Source of the DNA: an uncultured Bacilli bacterium
GTDB lineage: Bacteria; Bacillota_I; Bacilli_A; RF39; UBA660
Direction: 5' to 3'
DNA length: 42,566 nt
Assembly (NCBI GenBank): GCA_947629465.1
Contig: CANRDZ010000002.1
Location: 1-42,566, forward strand
Position numbers and translations under genes: made by a program
The notes under the pieces: model-generated
What the model was told of the DNA's origin: nothing
Databases searched by the model: none
Seen by the model: the letters and a program-made list of their open reading frames with translations, nothing else
Shown: one piece after another, positions 1 through 10,748 of the stretch
Layout of the letters: the number at the start of each line of letters is the position of its first letter
Position numbering within the stretch: the first letter of the stretch is position 1

Positions 1-45
1 CACCAAATGATGGCAGCCAGTAACAGGCCTTATAGGCCATTGAGA

Positions 46-75
46 AAATCCACCTCTTTTAGGGGTGGATTTTTA
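46..75 (+). terminator. Rho-independent terminator closing a transcript that starts upstream of the window
   Basis: Stem ATCCACCTC/GGGGTGGAT (about 48-70) with a 5-nt loop, followed by a T-run at 70-74. A small hairpin GGCCT-TAT-AGGCC sits just before it at 26-38. Confidence 0.7.
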
Positions 76-143
76 ATTATTACAATAATTTAAAAGGAAA
101 TGGACAAAATAAAACATATATAAATATTATAAGGAGAAAATGT

Positions 144-383
144 ATGAATAACAATTTAGATAAATTTATAGATGAATTTACTAATAATTATAGTGATTTA
201 TTTGTTGAAGTATTTTACATTCAATATATAAAAGAATTTAATTTAAAAGATTTTAATAAAGCGATAGAAAAAGTATATCAAGAATTAATTTATAAAATTA
301 ATGATAGATTATATTATAAATTAAAGAGTTTAAATTATTCAAAAAAGACATATCAAAAATACAAAAATAAAAAGGAAGTCTAA
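144..383 (+). CDS. Hypothetical small protein (79 aa, K/Y/N-rich)
   Basis: ORF preceded by AAGGAGA about 8 nt upstream of the ATG. I recognise no family motif. Confidence 0.55.
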   Translation: MNNNLDKFIDEFTNNYSDLFVEVFYIQYIKEFNLKDFNKAIEKVYQELIYKINDRLYYKLKSLNYSKKTYQKYKNKKEV

Positions 384-390
384 ACTTCCT
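373..390. terminator. Short hairpin shared by two convergent genes (weak bidirectional terminator)
   Basis: AGGAAGT-CTAA-ACTTCCT spans both stop codons, with an A-run to the left. The stem is short, so confidence is low. Confidence 0.3.
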
Positions 391-583
391 AGTTATTGTA
401 ATTATTGTTGTTTCCAGTAAAGAAACCAGCACCTATAATTATAACTAATAATATGAATAAAACAATCCATATAGCAGCTCCTATGCCATAACCACTTGTA
501 TATCCTGCATAGTTTCCTCCGCCACAACAAGGAGTACTAGCATAGTTACCACCATAGTAACCATTATTTCCATAATAATACAT
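389..583 (-). CDS. YjcZ-family tiny membrane sporulation-type protein (G/Y/N-rich N-terminus plus one TM)
   Basis: Gly/Tyr-rich head (YYYGNNGYYGGNY..CCGGGNYAG) followed by a hydrophobic IWIVLFILLVIIIGAGF segment, the pattern of YjcZ/TIGR01732 tiny TM proteins. GGAGG lies 7-8 nt upstream of the ATG. Confidence 0.6.
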   Translation of the reverse strand: MYYYGNNGYYGGNYASTPCCGGGNYAGYTSGYGIGAAIWIVLFILLVIIIGAGFFTGNNNNYNN

Positions 584-704
584 ATTATACCTCCTTTATG
601 TATCTATTATATTTTATTATTCATAGTCACATTTTGACATTAAAAAATTAATAATTTATTTTGATATTCTTTTGAATATGTTATTATAAATATAAGGTGT
701 GCTT

Positions 705-1871
705 ATGAAAAAAACATTATCAAAAATTGATAAACCTTTATTAATTATTACCATATTATTATGTGGTATAGGTCTTTTAATGGTCTTTTCATCATCAACT
801 ATATCAGCAATACATAGATATAATAAAAGCATAACTTACTTTTTTATAAGACAATTAATTTTTATGATAGTTTCTTTTATTGGGGGATTTGTCATTATCC
901 ATATTCCAACTAAATGGTACAAAAAAATTTCTTGGTTATTAATTATAGCTATAATTGTATCTTTAACATCTTTACTTGTTTATGGAGAAATAACTAATCA
1001 TGTTCAAAGTTGGTTTTATATTCCTCATACTGGTTTTGCTTTACAGCCATCTGAATTTGCTAAATCTTTTACGATAATATTTATGGCTACTTATTATAAT
1101 AGTTTAATTAAAAAAAAGAATAAAAATATTTTAGCTTATTTTGTTCCATTTATCATATCAATTATTTTAGGCGTTTTGATTTTAATGCAACCTGATTTTG
1201 GAAGTGCAATGATACTTTTAGCTATAGCTTTTTGTATTTTTATAAGTATTCCTATGGAAAAAAGTAATTTGCCAAAAATCTTATTAATTCTTGGAATTGG
1301 GGGAATTATATTAGTTTTAACTCTTTTATATAGTGGAGCTGAAATTTTAAATAGTGACCAGATGAGTCGTTTTAATTTTCGTAATCCATGTCAAAGATAT
1401 ACAGAAGAATCTGGATATCAAGTTTGTAATGGCTTCATTGCCATTAATAATGGAGGTCTAACAGGAGTAGGAGTAGGAAATAGTACCCAAAAATATTTAT
1501 ATTTACCTGAAAGTCATACTGATTTTATTTTTCCTATTTTTATTGAAGAATTAGGTTTAATATCCGGTCTTTTTGTAATATTATTATATATTTTACTTTT
1601 ATATCGCATTTTAAAAATTGCTAAAAGTGCTTATAATTTAAGAAATTCCATAATAGCTTATGGAACATTTTGGCTTTTTACTTTTCATATCATAATTAAT
1701 TTATGTGGCATTTTATCTCTACTTCCTTTAACAGGAGTTCCTCTACCATTAATGAGCTATGGCGGATCATCAACAATTAACTTTTTAGGCATGATTTTTT
1801 TAACTCAAAGAGTAGCAATTGAAAATAAAGAAACTCAATATAAATTAGAATTAAAAAAATTAACAAATTAA
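705..1871 (+). CDS. SEDS-family peptidoglycan glycosyltransferase (FtsW/RodA/SpoVE)
   Basis: Polytopic membrane protein with SEDS motifs QPSEFAK, QPDFGSA, HTDFIF and LPLTGVPLPLMSYGGSS. I chose ATG 705 (AAGG at 694-697) over the track's GTG at 699. Confidence 0.9.
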   Translation: MKKTLSKIDKPLLIITILLCGIGLLMVFSSSTISAIHRYNKSITYFFIRQLIFMIVSFIGGFVIIHIPTKWYKKISWLLIIAIIVSLTSLLVYGEITNHVQSWFYIPHTGFALQPSEFAKSFTIIFMATYYNSLIKKKNKNILAYFVPFIISIILGVLILMQPDFGSAMILLAIAFCIFISIPMEKSNLPKILLILGIGGIILVLTLLYSGAEILNSDQMSRFNFRNPCQRYTEESGYQVCNGFIAINNGGLTGVGVGNSTQKYLYLPESHTDFIFPIFIEELGLISGLFVILLYILLLYRILKIAKSAYNLRNSIIAYGTFWLFTFHIIINLCGILSLLPLTGVPLPLMSYGGSSTINFLGMIFLTQRVAIENKETQYKLELKKLTN

Positions 1872-1942
1872 GTGAAATTTAAATAATAAAAAAGGAAATC
1901 CATAAATTTTCTTATATATATATTAGTGAAAGGAGGAAATTT

Positions 1943-2680
1943 ATGGATTTTTTTGAGCATTTAGAAGAACATAAATTAGTTATTTTAATATTAAGTATTA
2001 TATTAAATGTTATTCTTTTAATAGGCACCTCTATACTAATATTTATGATAATTAATCAAAAGTGTGAATGTGAAGAACCAGAATTAAATTGTGAAGAAAA
2101 AAAAGAAATAGTTATTGAAGAAGAACCTTTAAAAAATTATCATGTAGAGGTTAAAGGAGCTGTAAATAACCCAGGTGTTTATATTGTTAATGATAATTAT
2201 ATAATTAATGATGTTATTAAAATGGCTGGGGGATTTAAAAATAATGCTTATAGCGATAACATTAATTTAAGTCGTCATTTATCTGACGAATTAGTAATAT
2301 ATGTATATACCAAAGATGAGTATAAGAAAAACACTAAAAAAGAAGTTGATATTTGCAATTGTCAAACTTATGATATTAGTGACTGTAAAGAAAATTACGA
2401 AAGTATAATTACTGATGGTAAAGAAACTCAAACATCTAATGAATCAAAAGAATTAAATAATACTGAAGAGAAGAATGAAGAAGTTTTAAAACTAATCAAT
2501 ATTAATACTGCATCCCAAAAAGAATTAATGACTTTACCTGGTATTGGAGAAAGTAAAGCTAATGACATAATTAATTATCGTGAAAAAAATGGTCTTTTTA
2601 AAAGTATAGAAGATATTAAAAAAGTAAATGGTATAAAAGATGCAACCTACAATAAAATTAAAGACAGTATTACAGTCTAA
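1943..2680 (+). CDS. comEA: Competence protein ComEA (DNA receptor)
   Basis: N-terminal TM, an SLBB-like segment (VEVKGAVNNPGVYIV) and a C-terminal tandem helix-hairpin-helix (NINTASQKELMTLPGIGESKANDIINYREKNG..IEDIKKVNGI). It sits immediately upstream of comEC. Confidence 0.88.
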   Translation: MDFFEHLEEHKLVILILSIILNVILLIGTSILIFMIINQKCECEEPELNCEEKKEIVIEEEPLKNYHVEVKGAVNNPGVYIVNDNYIINDVIKMAGGFKNNAYSDNINLSRHLSDELVIYVYTKDEYKKNTKKEVDICNCQTYDISDCKENYESIITDGKETQTSNESKELNNTEEKNEEVLKLININTASQKELMTLPGIGESKANDIINYREKNGLFKSIEDIKKVNGIKDATYNKIKDSITV

Positions 2681-4679
2681 TCTTATATATTATATTTTAT
2701 TTATTTTTATAATAATTTATATCATAATAAATACAATTTTAATAACATATGATACCAATATATCAAATTTTGAATCAATTATAGGTACAGTTACAGATAT
2801 AACTTATCAAGATGAAAAAATGACATTTATTTTAGTGAGTAATAAAGAAAAAATAATTTGCAATTATTATTCTAAAAATTACATCAATTTATTAGGGAAA
2901 AAAGTAATTATAACAGGTGAAAGAACCACTATAAATAATAATACTATTCCTAATAATTTTAATTACAAAAAATATTTATATAATAATAAAATATATGTTA
3001 AATATAATGTTAACAATATAAAGATAATAAAAAAAGAAAATATTTTTTATAAGTTAAAAAATTTAATTATTAAAAGAATAAATACTTTTAGCAATAAAAT
3101 TAAACCCTATTTAAATCTATTTATATTAGGAGAAAATGATTATTTAGATAAAAGTATTGCTAACATATATAGAACTAATGGAATTTGGCATTTATTTGCA
3201 ATTTCTGGGATGCATGTAAGTATCATTATTATTTTATTTAATAAAGTTTTTAAAAAACTAAAATACCGAAATATATTAATAAGTATATTTTTGCTTTATT
3301 TTGTTTTTTTAACTAATTATTCATTATCTGTTATTAGAGTTGTTTTATATTATATTTTAAAAAATATTTTAGCTTATTATGATATAAAAATTTCTTCTAT
3401 AAGAATTCTTTTGCTGTGTGCGTTTTTGTTATTATTAATAAATCCTTTTAATATTTTTAATGTCGCCTTTCAATATTCATTTTTAGTTTCAGCTTCTTTA
3501 ATCTTAATGAATAAAAGAATTAAAGGTAATTATTTTAAAAAAATTATTTTAATCAGTTTTATATCATTTATCGTAAGTTTGCCAATTACTATAAATTTAA
3601 ATTATGAAATAAATTTATCAAGTATATTTTTAAATATTTTTTATGTTCCTTTTATATCTTTTTTAATTTTTCCCATTTCTATTATTTCTTTTTTATTTCC
3701 ATTATTAAGTAAATTATTAGAAATATTAATTACTTTTTTAGAATTTACAAATAAAATAATATATAATTTAAAATTAACAATTGTTATTCCCAAAATACCA
3801 TTTATAATTATTATTATATATTATTTAGCAATTTATTTTATTTATAAAAAAAATAAAAAAAGTTTATATTTTTTACTTTTATTTCTACTTATAATTAATA
3901 AAATAATATATAAACTTGATAATAATTTTTATATTTATTATTTAGATGTTGGCCAAGGTGATTCTAGTATTATAATAAGTCCCTTTAAAAAAGAAGTTAT
4001 TATGATTGATACGGGAGGTAATATTTATTCTAATTATCATATTTCTGATAATATTATAATTTTTTTAAAAAGTTTAGGAATAAAAAAAGTTGATTCACTT
4101 ATTTTAAGCCATGGAGATTATGATCATATGGGGGAAAGCATTAATATAGTCAATAATTTTAAAATAGATAAAGTATTTTTTAATTGTGGAAATTTTAATA
4201 ATTTAGAAAATAATTTAATAGATGTTTTGAAAAAAAAGAATATATCATTTTATAGTTGTTATAAACAATTAGAAATTAATGATAAAAAATTATATTTTAT
4301 AAATAATAAAAATTATAATAATGAAAATGATAATTCTATTGTTACTTATACCAAATTGGGTAGCTATCAATTCCTTTTTATGGGTGATGCAAGTATAAAT
4401 GTTGAACAAGATTTAATAAATAAATATAAATTAAATAACATAGATGTTTTAAAAGTTGGCCATCATGGTAGTAAAACAAGTAGTGATAAAGAATTTATAA
4501 ATGAAATAAAACCAAAATATTCAATAATTAGTGTTGGCAAAAATAATCGATATGGACATCCTGATAAAGAAACTTTAGATAATTTACAGAATTCAACAAT
4601 ATATAGAACTGACTTATCTGGAAGTATTATGATTAAAATAAAAAATGATAAGTTAAAAATAAAAGAATATATGCCTTAA
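2640..4679 (+). CDS. comEC: DNA internalisation competence protein ComEC/Rec2
   Basis: Competence-domain motif GIWHLFAISGMHVSII, many TM segments, and a C-terminal metallo-beta-lactamase domain (YLDVGQGDS, LSHGDYDHMGE, VGHHGS). The start is uncertain and overlaps comEA by 41 nt. Confidence 0.88.
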   Translation: MQPTIKLKTVLQSNLIYYILFIFIIIYIIINTILITYDTNISNFESIIGTVTDITYQDEKMTFILVSNKEKIICNYYSKNYINLLGKKVIITGERTTINNNTIPNNFNYKKYLYNNKIYVKYNVNNIKIIKKENIFYKLKNLIIKRINTFSNKIKPYLNLFILGENDYLDKSIANIYRTNGIWHLFAISGMHVSIIIILFNKVFKKLKYRNILISIFLLYFVFLTNYSLSVIRVVLYYILKNILAYYDIKISSIRILLLCAFLLLLINPFNIFNVAFQYSFLVSASLILMNKRIKGNYFKKIILISFISFIVSLPITINLNYEINLSSIFLNIFYVPFISFLIFPISIISFLFPLLSKLLEILITFLEFTNKIIYNLKLTIVIPKIPFIIIIIYYLAIYFIYKKNKKSLYFLLLFLLIINKIIYKLDNNFYIYYLDVGQGDSSIIISPFKKEVIMIDTGGNIYSNYHISDNIIIFLKSLGIKKVDSLILSHGDYDHMGESINIVNNFKIDKVFFNCGNFNNLENNLIDVLKKKNISFYSCYKQLEINDKKLYFINNKNYNNENDNSIVTYTKLGSYQFLFMGDASINVEQDLINKYKLNNIDVLKVGHHGSKTSSDKEFINEIKPKYSIISVGKNNRYGHPDKETLDNLQNSTIYRTDLSGSIMIKIKNDKLKIKEYMP

Positions 4680-4774
4680 AAAACAATAAATTTTAAATAA
4701 TATAATTTAAAAGACGACACCACAAAGTAAAAAAGCCATAAAATATAATACATTATATAATGTTTATATAGATT

Positions 4775-4806
4775 AGAGTAAAGACTTAAGGCCTTGCTCT
4801 TTTTTA
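4775..4806 (+). terminator. Putative rho-independent terminator after comEC
   Basis: AGAGTAA...TTGCTCT stem (includes one G-U pair) followed by TTTTTT at 4800-4805. Confidence 0.45.
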
Positions 4807-4870
4807 TACTTTCAAGGAAAAATTCAAAATAAGACTTGTCTAAAAAAAAATCATTTGAGATAATAAATAT

Positions 4871-5827
4871 ATGAATACATATTTAATAGTTAGTGAAACA
4901 ATTTATCATTGTAATGAAGCAATAAAAAAAATAAAAGGTGATATTACTAATATCATAAGTTTTAATTTAGATGAAGATACAATTGATGATGTCCTTACTG
5001 AAGCATCATATCAATCCATATTTAATGAAAGTAAATGTCTAATAGTTAGAAATGCTAAATTTTTTTCTACTAGTAAGCAAGCCGATTCTAAAAAAAATAA
5101 GGAAATTAGTGATAAATTATTAAAATATTTAGAAAAAGAAAATAAAAATACTAAAATTGTATTTATTTTAAATGGCAAAGCTGATAGTAAGAAAAAAATT
5201 TATAATATAATTAAAGATAATAATAATTTATATCAATTTTCATTTTTAACTAAAACGGAAATGAAAAATGAACTTTATAAAATATGTCGAGAAAATAAAT
5301 ATAATATATCTGATAATTCATTATGGCATATTATTAATAACAGTTATGGTAATTTTGATTTAGCTTATAATGAATTAAAAAAAATTATGATTTATTATGG
5401 TAATCCATGTGAAATTAAATATCAAGATGTAATTCTTTTAACAAGTAAAACAATTGAAGAAAACAATTTTAAATTAGTTGATAGTATTATTGATAGAGAT
5501 ATAGAAAATGCTTTAATTTTAGTTGAAGAATTAAAAATATTAAAAATAGAACCTACTATTATTATTGCTCTTTTATATCGTGAGTATAAATTAATGTTAT
5601 CAGTATATTTATATGAAAAGAATAAATATTCTCATAATGAAATATTAACTAATTTAGGAATAACTGATTGGATATATGATAAAGTCAAAAAAAATTTAGG
5701 AAAATATAAAATAGCTGAAATAAAAGAAGAGATAATTAATTTAAGTGTTTTAGATTATAAATTAAAAAGTGGTATTTTAAATAAAGATTTAGCTTTACTT
5801 ACTTATATTATAAATTTATGTTTATAG
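4871..5827 (+). CDS. holA: DNA polymerase III delta subunit (HolA)
   Basis: 318 aa. It follows comEC as in the Bacillus comE-holA arrangement, and the length and helical C-terminal domain fit delta. I saw no sharp motif, so the call rests on synteny and size. Confidence 0.65.
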   Translation: MNTYLIVSETIYHCNEAIKKIKGDITNIISFNLDEDTIDDVLTEASYQSIFNESKCLIVRNAKFFSTSKQADSKKNKEISDKLLKYLEKENKNTKIVFILNGKADSKKKIYNIIKDNNNLYQFSFLTKTEMKNELYKICRENKYNISDNSLWHIINNSYGNFDLAYNELKKIMIYYGNPCEIKYQDVILLTSKTIEENNFKLVDSIIDRDIENALILVEELKILKIEPTIIIALLYREYKLMLSVYLYEKNKYSHNEILTNLGITDWIYDKVKKNLGKYKIAEIKEEIINLSVLDYKLKSGILNKDLALLTYIINLCL

Positions 5828-5883
5828 ACATTTAAGCATTATTTTGTTAGAATATAAATGCATTTTAAGGGGAGAGATTAAAG

Positions 5884-6981
5884 ATGAAAGAAACTGTAGT
5901 TGTAGGTATGAGTGGAGGAGTAGATAGTGCTGTAGCAGCTTTCTTACTAAAAAAAGAAGGATTTAATGTTATAGGTCTTTTCATGCGTAATTGGGATAGC
6001 GCAATTAATGGTGAAGATTTTCAAAATAATGATATTATTTGTCCTCAAGAAAGAGATTATAATGATGCTTTAAAAGTATGTGAAAAATTAAATATTCCTC
6101 TTTATAGAGTTGATTTTATAAAAGAATATTGGGATTATGTTTTTAAATATTTTTTAGATGAATTAGAAAAAGGGCGAACTCCCAATCCTGATATGTTATG
6201 TAATAAATATATTAAATTTGATTTATTTAAAAAAGAAGCTCAAAAATTAGGAGCTGATTATATAGCTACAGGCCATTATGCAAGATTAGAAAAAGGCAGA
6301 TTATTAAGAGCAAATGATTTAAATAAAGATCAAACATATTTTTTAGCTGATGTAACTCCAAATGAATTAAAAAATGTTTTATTTCCAATCGGGAATTTAT
6401 TAAAAAGTGAAGTTAGAAAAATTGCTCAAAAAGAAAATTTAATTGTTGCCGATAAAAAAGATTCAACAGGTATATGTTTTATAGGAGAAAGAAATTTTCA
6501 AAAATTTATTCAAAATTTTTTGAAAGAAAATAAAGGTGATATAGTAAATATAGCTACTAATGAAGTAATTGGAACTCATAAAGGCCTTATGAATTATACT
6601 ATTGGTCAAAGAAAAAATGTTGGTATTGCAGGACATACTGATCGCCATTTTGTTTGTGGTAAAGATGTAGAAAAAAATATTTTATACGTTACTATTGGTG
6701 ATGAAGAATATTTATATAGTGATGCATGCATAATAGAAAATGTAAATTTTATAAGCAGTACCCATCCAACTTTTTGCACCGCAAAATTTAGATACCGTGG
6801 AATAGATCATCCAGTAGAATTGGAATATTTAGAAAATAATGAAATATTAGTTAAATACGCATCTAGAGCTAAATCTGTTACTCCTGGTCAAGCATGTGTT
6901 TTATATTTAGGAGAAGAATGTCTTGGATGTGGTTTTATTAAAGAAGTATATAAAAATAATCAAAAATTATGGTATTTATAA
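5884..6981 (+). CDS. mnmA: tRNA-specific 2-thiouridylase MnmA (TrmU)
   Basis: PP-loop VVVGMSGGVDSAVAA, plus NPDMLCN, ATGHYAR, KDQTYFL and the catalytic Cys context DSTGICFIGE. Confidence 0.95.
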   Translation: MKETVVVGMSGGVDSAVAAFLLKKEGFNVIGLFMRNWDSAINGEDFQNNDIICPQERDYNDALKVCEKLNIPLYRVDFIKEYWDYVFKYFLDELEKGRTPNPDMLCNKYIKFDLFKKEAQKLGADYIATGHYARLEKGRLLRANDLNKDQTYFLADVTPNELKNVLFPIGNLLKSEVRKIAQKENLIVADKKDSTGICFIGERNFQKFIQNFLKENKGDIVNIATNEVIGTHKGLMNYTIGQRKNVGIAGHTDRHFVCGKDVEKNILYVTIGDEEYLYSDACIIENVNFISSTHPTFCTAKFRYRGIDHPVELEYLENNEILVKYASRAKSVTPGQACVLYLGEECLGCGFIKEVYKNNQKLWYL

Positions 6982-8286
6982 ATTTTTAGTCGTTTTATAA
7001 GTAAAATATATATTTAGAAAAACAACTATAAAAATATTTGCAATTTCTGATATGATTAAAGAATACATTCCAATATGGATAAGAGAAGTTATAGCCAAAG
7101 TAATAAGTTTTACAATAACTCCAAAAATTGTAATATTCATTGTTATTTTGGCTTTATCTAAAGCTTGAAGATAGCTCATTAATATAGCTTCAATATAAAA
7201 TAAAGGAAAAATTGGCGCTAAAACTTTAACATAATTTAACCCTAAATTAGTAGAATATAAAAAAGATAATAGCTTATCAGCAAAAAAAACTAAAACTATT
7301 GAATAAGATATACCGATAAGTAAAGAAAAGAATAAAGCTTCTTTAAGTCTTTTTTTTAAGTTAGCGTAATTTTTTTTAAGATAATTTTTACTAATTTCAG
7401 GAATTAATGCCGATGATATAGCTGTAATGAAAAATGAAGGAACAGTTAATATAGTCATAGTATAAGCATTATAAGCACCATATTCAATTAATATATAATC
7501 ATTAGAATATCCCGAAAATAATAATAAATTTGTAAGAATTATTGGCTCAAAAAAATAGCCAATATTACCAATAATTCGTGAAGAAACTGTTGGAAGAGAA
7601 ATATTTAATATATTTTTAAGTATACCTTTATTAAAAGAAAAAGCATTTTTATTTATTTTAATATTTTTAGGAATAAACAGAAGATTTATAAAAATAGAGA
7701 CAACTTCTTCAACAAAAGAAAATAAAAATAAAGAGGCCGCTGCTAATATTTCACTTTTTGCCATTATAGAAGGAACAAATAGATATATTAAAACTCCTCT
7801 TACAATTTGTTCAATGATATTTGAAACGACATTAGGAATCATATTTTGTTTGCCATAAAAATATCCTTTAATAATACTAGAAATCGAAATAATTGGAAAT
7901 GTCAAACTCATAGCAATAATAAGCAAATAACATCTTTCTTCATGTAATAAATGAATGGCAATAAATTTAGCTGATATAATCATTAATATAACAACAAATA
8001 AATTAATAATCATTATTAATAAAGTAGCAGTAGATATAATTTTAGAATTTGAATGTTTTCCTTCAGCAACTAATTTTGATATGGTGGTAGGTAAAGCCAA
8101 AGTAGCTATTGTAATAAGTAAAGAATAAGTAGGCATTACTAATGAATATAAACCAATAACTGACGCTCCCACAATTCTTGTGTAAATAATTCTAATAACA
8201 AATCCAAGTATTTTTGTTATAATTCCCCCAAGAATTAATATAATAGTAGATTTTAAAAAGATATTTTTATTATTCATATAGTCCAC
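6976..8286 (-). CDS. MOP-superfamily lipid II/polysaccharide flippase (MurJ / SpoVB-like)
   Basis: 436-aa polytopic membrane protein with a typical MurJ/SpoVB N-terminus (LKSTIILILGGIITKILGFVIRIIYTRIVG). It sits next to a comN-like gene, as spoVB does in Bacillus. It is shorter than the usual ~510 aa. Confidence 0.7.
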   Translation of the reverse strand: MDYMNNKNIFLKSTIILILGGIITKILGFVIRIIYTRIVGASVIGLYSLVMPTYSLLITIATLALPTTISKLVAEGKHSNSKIISTATLLIMIINLFVVILMIISAKFIAIHLLHEERCYLLIIAMSLTFPIISISSIIKGYFYGKQNMIPNVVSNIIEQIVRGVLIYLFVPSIMAKSEILAAASLFLFSFVEEVVSIFINLLFIPKNIKINKNAFSFNKGILKNILNISLPTVSSRIIGNIGYFFEPIILTNLLLFSGYSNDYILIEYGAYNAYTMTILTVPSFFITAISSALIPEISKNYLKKNYANLKKRLKEALFFSLLIGISYSIVLVFFADKLLSFLYSTNLGLNYVKVLAPIFPLFYIEAILMSYLQALDKAKITMNITIFGVIVKLITLAITSLIHIGMYSLIISEIANIFIVVFLNIYFTYKTTKNL

Positions 8287-8342
8287 CTTTAAAAAAGAAA
8301 TGAAATATTATATAATAATAATATGAAAGGCAAGAATTATTT

Positions 8343-8600
8343 ATGGCAATAAATAACGAAAATACATTAAAACAAATAGATTTATATAGTCGATTAATGC
8401 CAGCTTTTAATACAAAAATTAAAGAATGGCAAAGAGAAAAAATTTTTAATATAAATCAAATGGATTTATGGAATTATTGTCTTCAAAAGAAGTGGTTAGG
8501 AAAAAAGAACTTAAGAATGTATGAATTAGTAGATGATATTCTTAATATTGATATCATTGACTATATAAAATTTAAAAATCAGAATAAAAAAAATGAATAG
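8343..8600 (+). CDS. Post-transcriptional regulator ComN/YrzD-like
   Basis: 85 aa. The segment DLWNYCLQKKW..KKNLRMYELVDDILNI matches the conserved core of the ComN family as I recall it. Its position between the SpoVB-like gene and rel fits Bacillus synteny. Confidence 0.6.
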   Translation: MAINNENTLKQIDLYSRLMPAFNTKIKEWQREKIFNINQMDLWNYCLQKKWLGKKNLRMYELVDDILNIDIIDYIKFKNQNKKNE

Positions 8601-10746
8601 GATGATTAATTTGGAAGAAAAAGAAAAAGAAATAAATTTTGAAACTATATGTGAAAAATTAAAATATTTAAGTGAAGAATCTATAGCAAGAATAAAAGAA
8701 GCTTATCTTTTTGCTTGTGATGAATATAAAGATGAAAAAAGAAGAAGTGGAGATGATTATATTACTCATCCACTTCATGTTGTAGATATATTAATTGATT
8801 TAAATGTTGATGAAATAACCATAATATCAGCTCTTTTGCATGATACATTAGATAAAGGTAAAAATGCCACTCCTGAATTATTAAAGGAAAAGTTTGGAGA
8901 TGAAGTATCAATCATTGTAAGCAATATTTCTAAAATAAATAAATTAGAACTTACAGATGAAACTGAAAATTCAATTATATATTTAAGAAAGGTTTTAGTA
9001 GGACTTGCTGAAGATCCAAGAGTATTATTTATTAAACTTGCAGATCGTCTTCATAATTTAAGAACTAGTTATGCTGTTAGTGAAGAAAGCAGAAAACAAA
9101 CTGCTAAAGAAACAATGGATGTTTTAATTCCAATAGCACATCGTTTAGGAATTAATTCTATTAAAAGTGAATTAGAAAATATATGTTTACAAATTTTAAA
9201 ACCAGATGTTTATAATGATATATTAGAAAAACTTAATAATACCGTTCAAGAATTAAATGATAATCTTTTAAAAATGAAAGAAGACTTGATAGAACTTTTA
9301 ATTGCGAATAATATTAATCATGAAATAAAAGGAAGAGTTAAAAGTATTTATAGTATTTATAATAAACTCAATAAAGGAAAAAAATGGGATAGTATTTATG
9401 ATATTTTAGCTTTAAGAATATTTGTTAAAACGGAAGCAGAATGTTATACTACTATTGGTTTAATACATTCAAAATATCGACCAGTTCCTAATAGATTTAA
9501 AGATTATATAGCTAATCCTAAAGAAAATATGTATCAAAGTTTACATACTACAGTTTTTGGTGATGATGGCAAATTTTACGAAATTCAAGTTAGAACTTAT
9601 GAAATGGATGAAATTGCTGAAAAGGGTTTAGCATCTCATTGGTCATATAAAGAAAATGGAGTAAAAAAAGTCCAAGCTATGATGGAACAAAAACTAGAAT
9701 TATTTCGTAACATTATTGAATCAGCTAGTGAAGAAAACGATTTATCTTTTGAAAAAACGATGAATAATAATTTTTTAGGAGAATTAATATATGTTTATAC
9801 TCCAAAAGGAGATGTAATTGAGCTACCTTTTAATGCCACTCCAATTGATTTTGCATATCGAATTCATAGTAAAATAGGAGACACTACAGTTGGAGCTATA
9901 GTTAATGATAATATTGTTCCTTTATCATATAATCTCCAAAATAATGATGTAGTCAAAATAATTACAAATAAAGAAGCAATTCCAAGTAGTGATTGGTTAA
10001 GTTTTGTTAAAACAGAACAAGCTAAATCAAAAATTAAAGCATATTTTAGTAAAAAAGATCGAGAAGAATATATATCAAAAGGTAAAAATATTTTAGAAAA
10101 AGAAATTCGAAGAAGAAAATTAAGTATTAGTGAAGTTTTAAATGATGAAAAATTAGCGAAAATTTTTAAAGATTTAAAATTAAATAATTTAGATGAATTA
10201 TATTTATCAATTGGATCATTACGTTATACAGCAGGTTATATTATTAATCTTACAAATGAAGATAAACATAACATTGATGATATATTAATTGAAAAAATAA
10301 AACCTAAAATTAATAATAATAAAGATAATAATGATATTATCGTAGATGGTAATACCAATATTTTATATAATTTAGCAAAGTGCTGTAAACCAGTTAAGGG
10401 TGATGAAATTGTAGGTTTTATTACAAAAGGCGAAGGAATTTCTGTTCATAAAAAAGATTGTCCAAATATAACTAGTAATAAAGATAGATTAATTCAAATT
10501 TCATGGAATGATGAAGTAGAAAATACTTATTATACTAATATTAATATTTTTGTAAATAATAATGATTTTTTAAGTGATTTAATAGCTATAGCTACAAAAG
10601 AAAAAATTAATATTGTTGAATTTAAAAATAAAACTATTGATAATGGAACTATTTATGAAATAGAAATTAAAGTAAAGAATAAAGAAGAATTAGAACGATT
10701 TAAAAATCAGATTAGCAAATTTAAAAATGTTAAAGTAATGGAGTAA
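8593..10746 (+). CDS. rel: Bifunctional (p)ppGpp synthetase/hydrolase Rel (RelA/SpoT homologue)
   Basis: HD hydrolase motifs (HPLHV, LHDTLD, ADRLHNL), synthetase motifs (RVKSIYSIYNKL, DILALRI, YQSLHTTV, EIQVRT), then TGS and C-terminal ACT-like regions. Confidence 0.95.
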   Translation: MNRMINLEEKEKEINFETICEKLKYLSEESIARIKEAYLFACDEYKDEKRRSGDDYITHPLHVVDILIDLNVDEITIISALLHDTLDKGKNATPELLKEKFGDEVSIIVSNISKINKLELTDETENSIIYLRKVLVGLAEDPRVLFIKLADRLHNLRTSYAVSEESRKQTAKETMDVLIPIAHRLGINSIKSELENICLQILKPDVYNDILEKLNNTVQELNDNLLKMKEDLIELLIANNINHEIKGRVKSIYSIYNKLNKGKKWDSIYDILALRIFVKTEAECYTTIGLIHSKYRPVPNRFKDYIANPKENMYQSLHTTVFGDDGKFYEIQVRTYEMDEIAEKGLASHWSYKENGVKKVQAMMEQKLELFRNIIESASEENDLSFEKTMNNNFLGELIYVYTPKGDVIELPFNATPIDFAYRIHSKIGDTTVGAIVNDNIVPLSYNLQNNDVVKIITNKEAIPSSDWLSFVKTEQAKSKIKAYFSKKDREEYISKGKNILEKEIRRRKLSISEVLNDEKLAKIFKDLKLNNLDELYLSIGSLRYTAGYIINLTNEDKHNIDDILIEKIKPKINNNKDNNDIIVDGNTNILYNLAKCCKPVKGDEIVGFITKGEGISVHKKDCPNITSNKDRLIQISWNDEVENTYYTNINIFVNNNDFLSDLIAIATKEKINIVEFKNKTIDNGTIYEIEIKVKNKEELERFKNQISKFKNVKVME

Positions 10747-10748
10747 AA

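Noticed and set aside
6463-6648. 61-aa minus-strand ORF inside mnmA
   Set aside because: Antisense shadow ORF within a well-supported gene.
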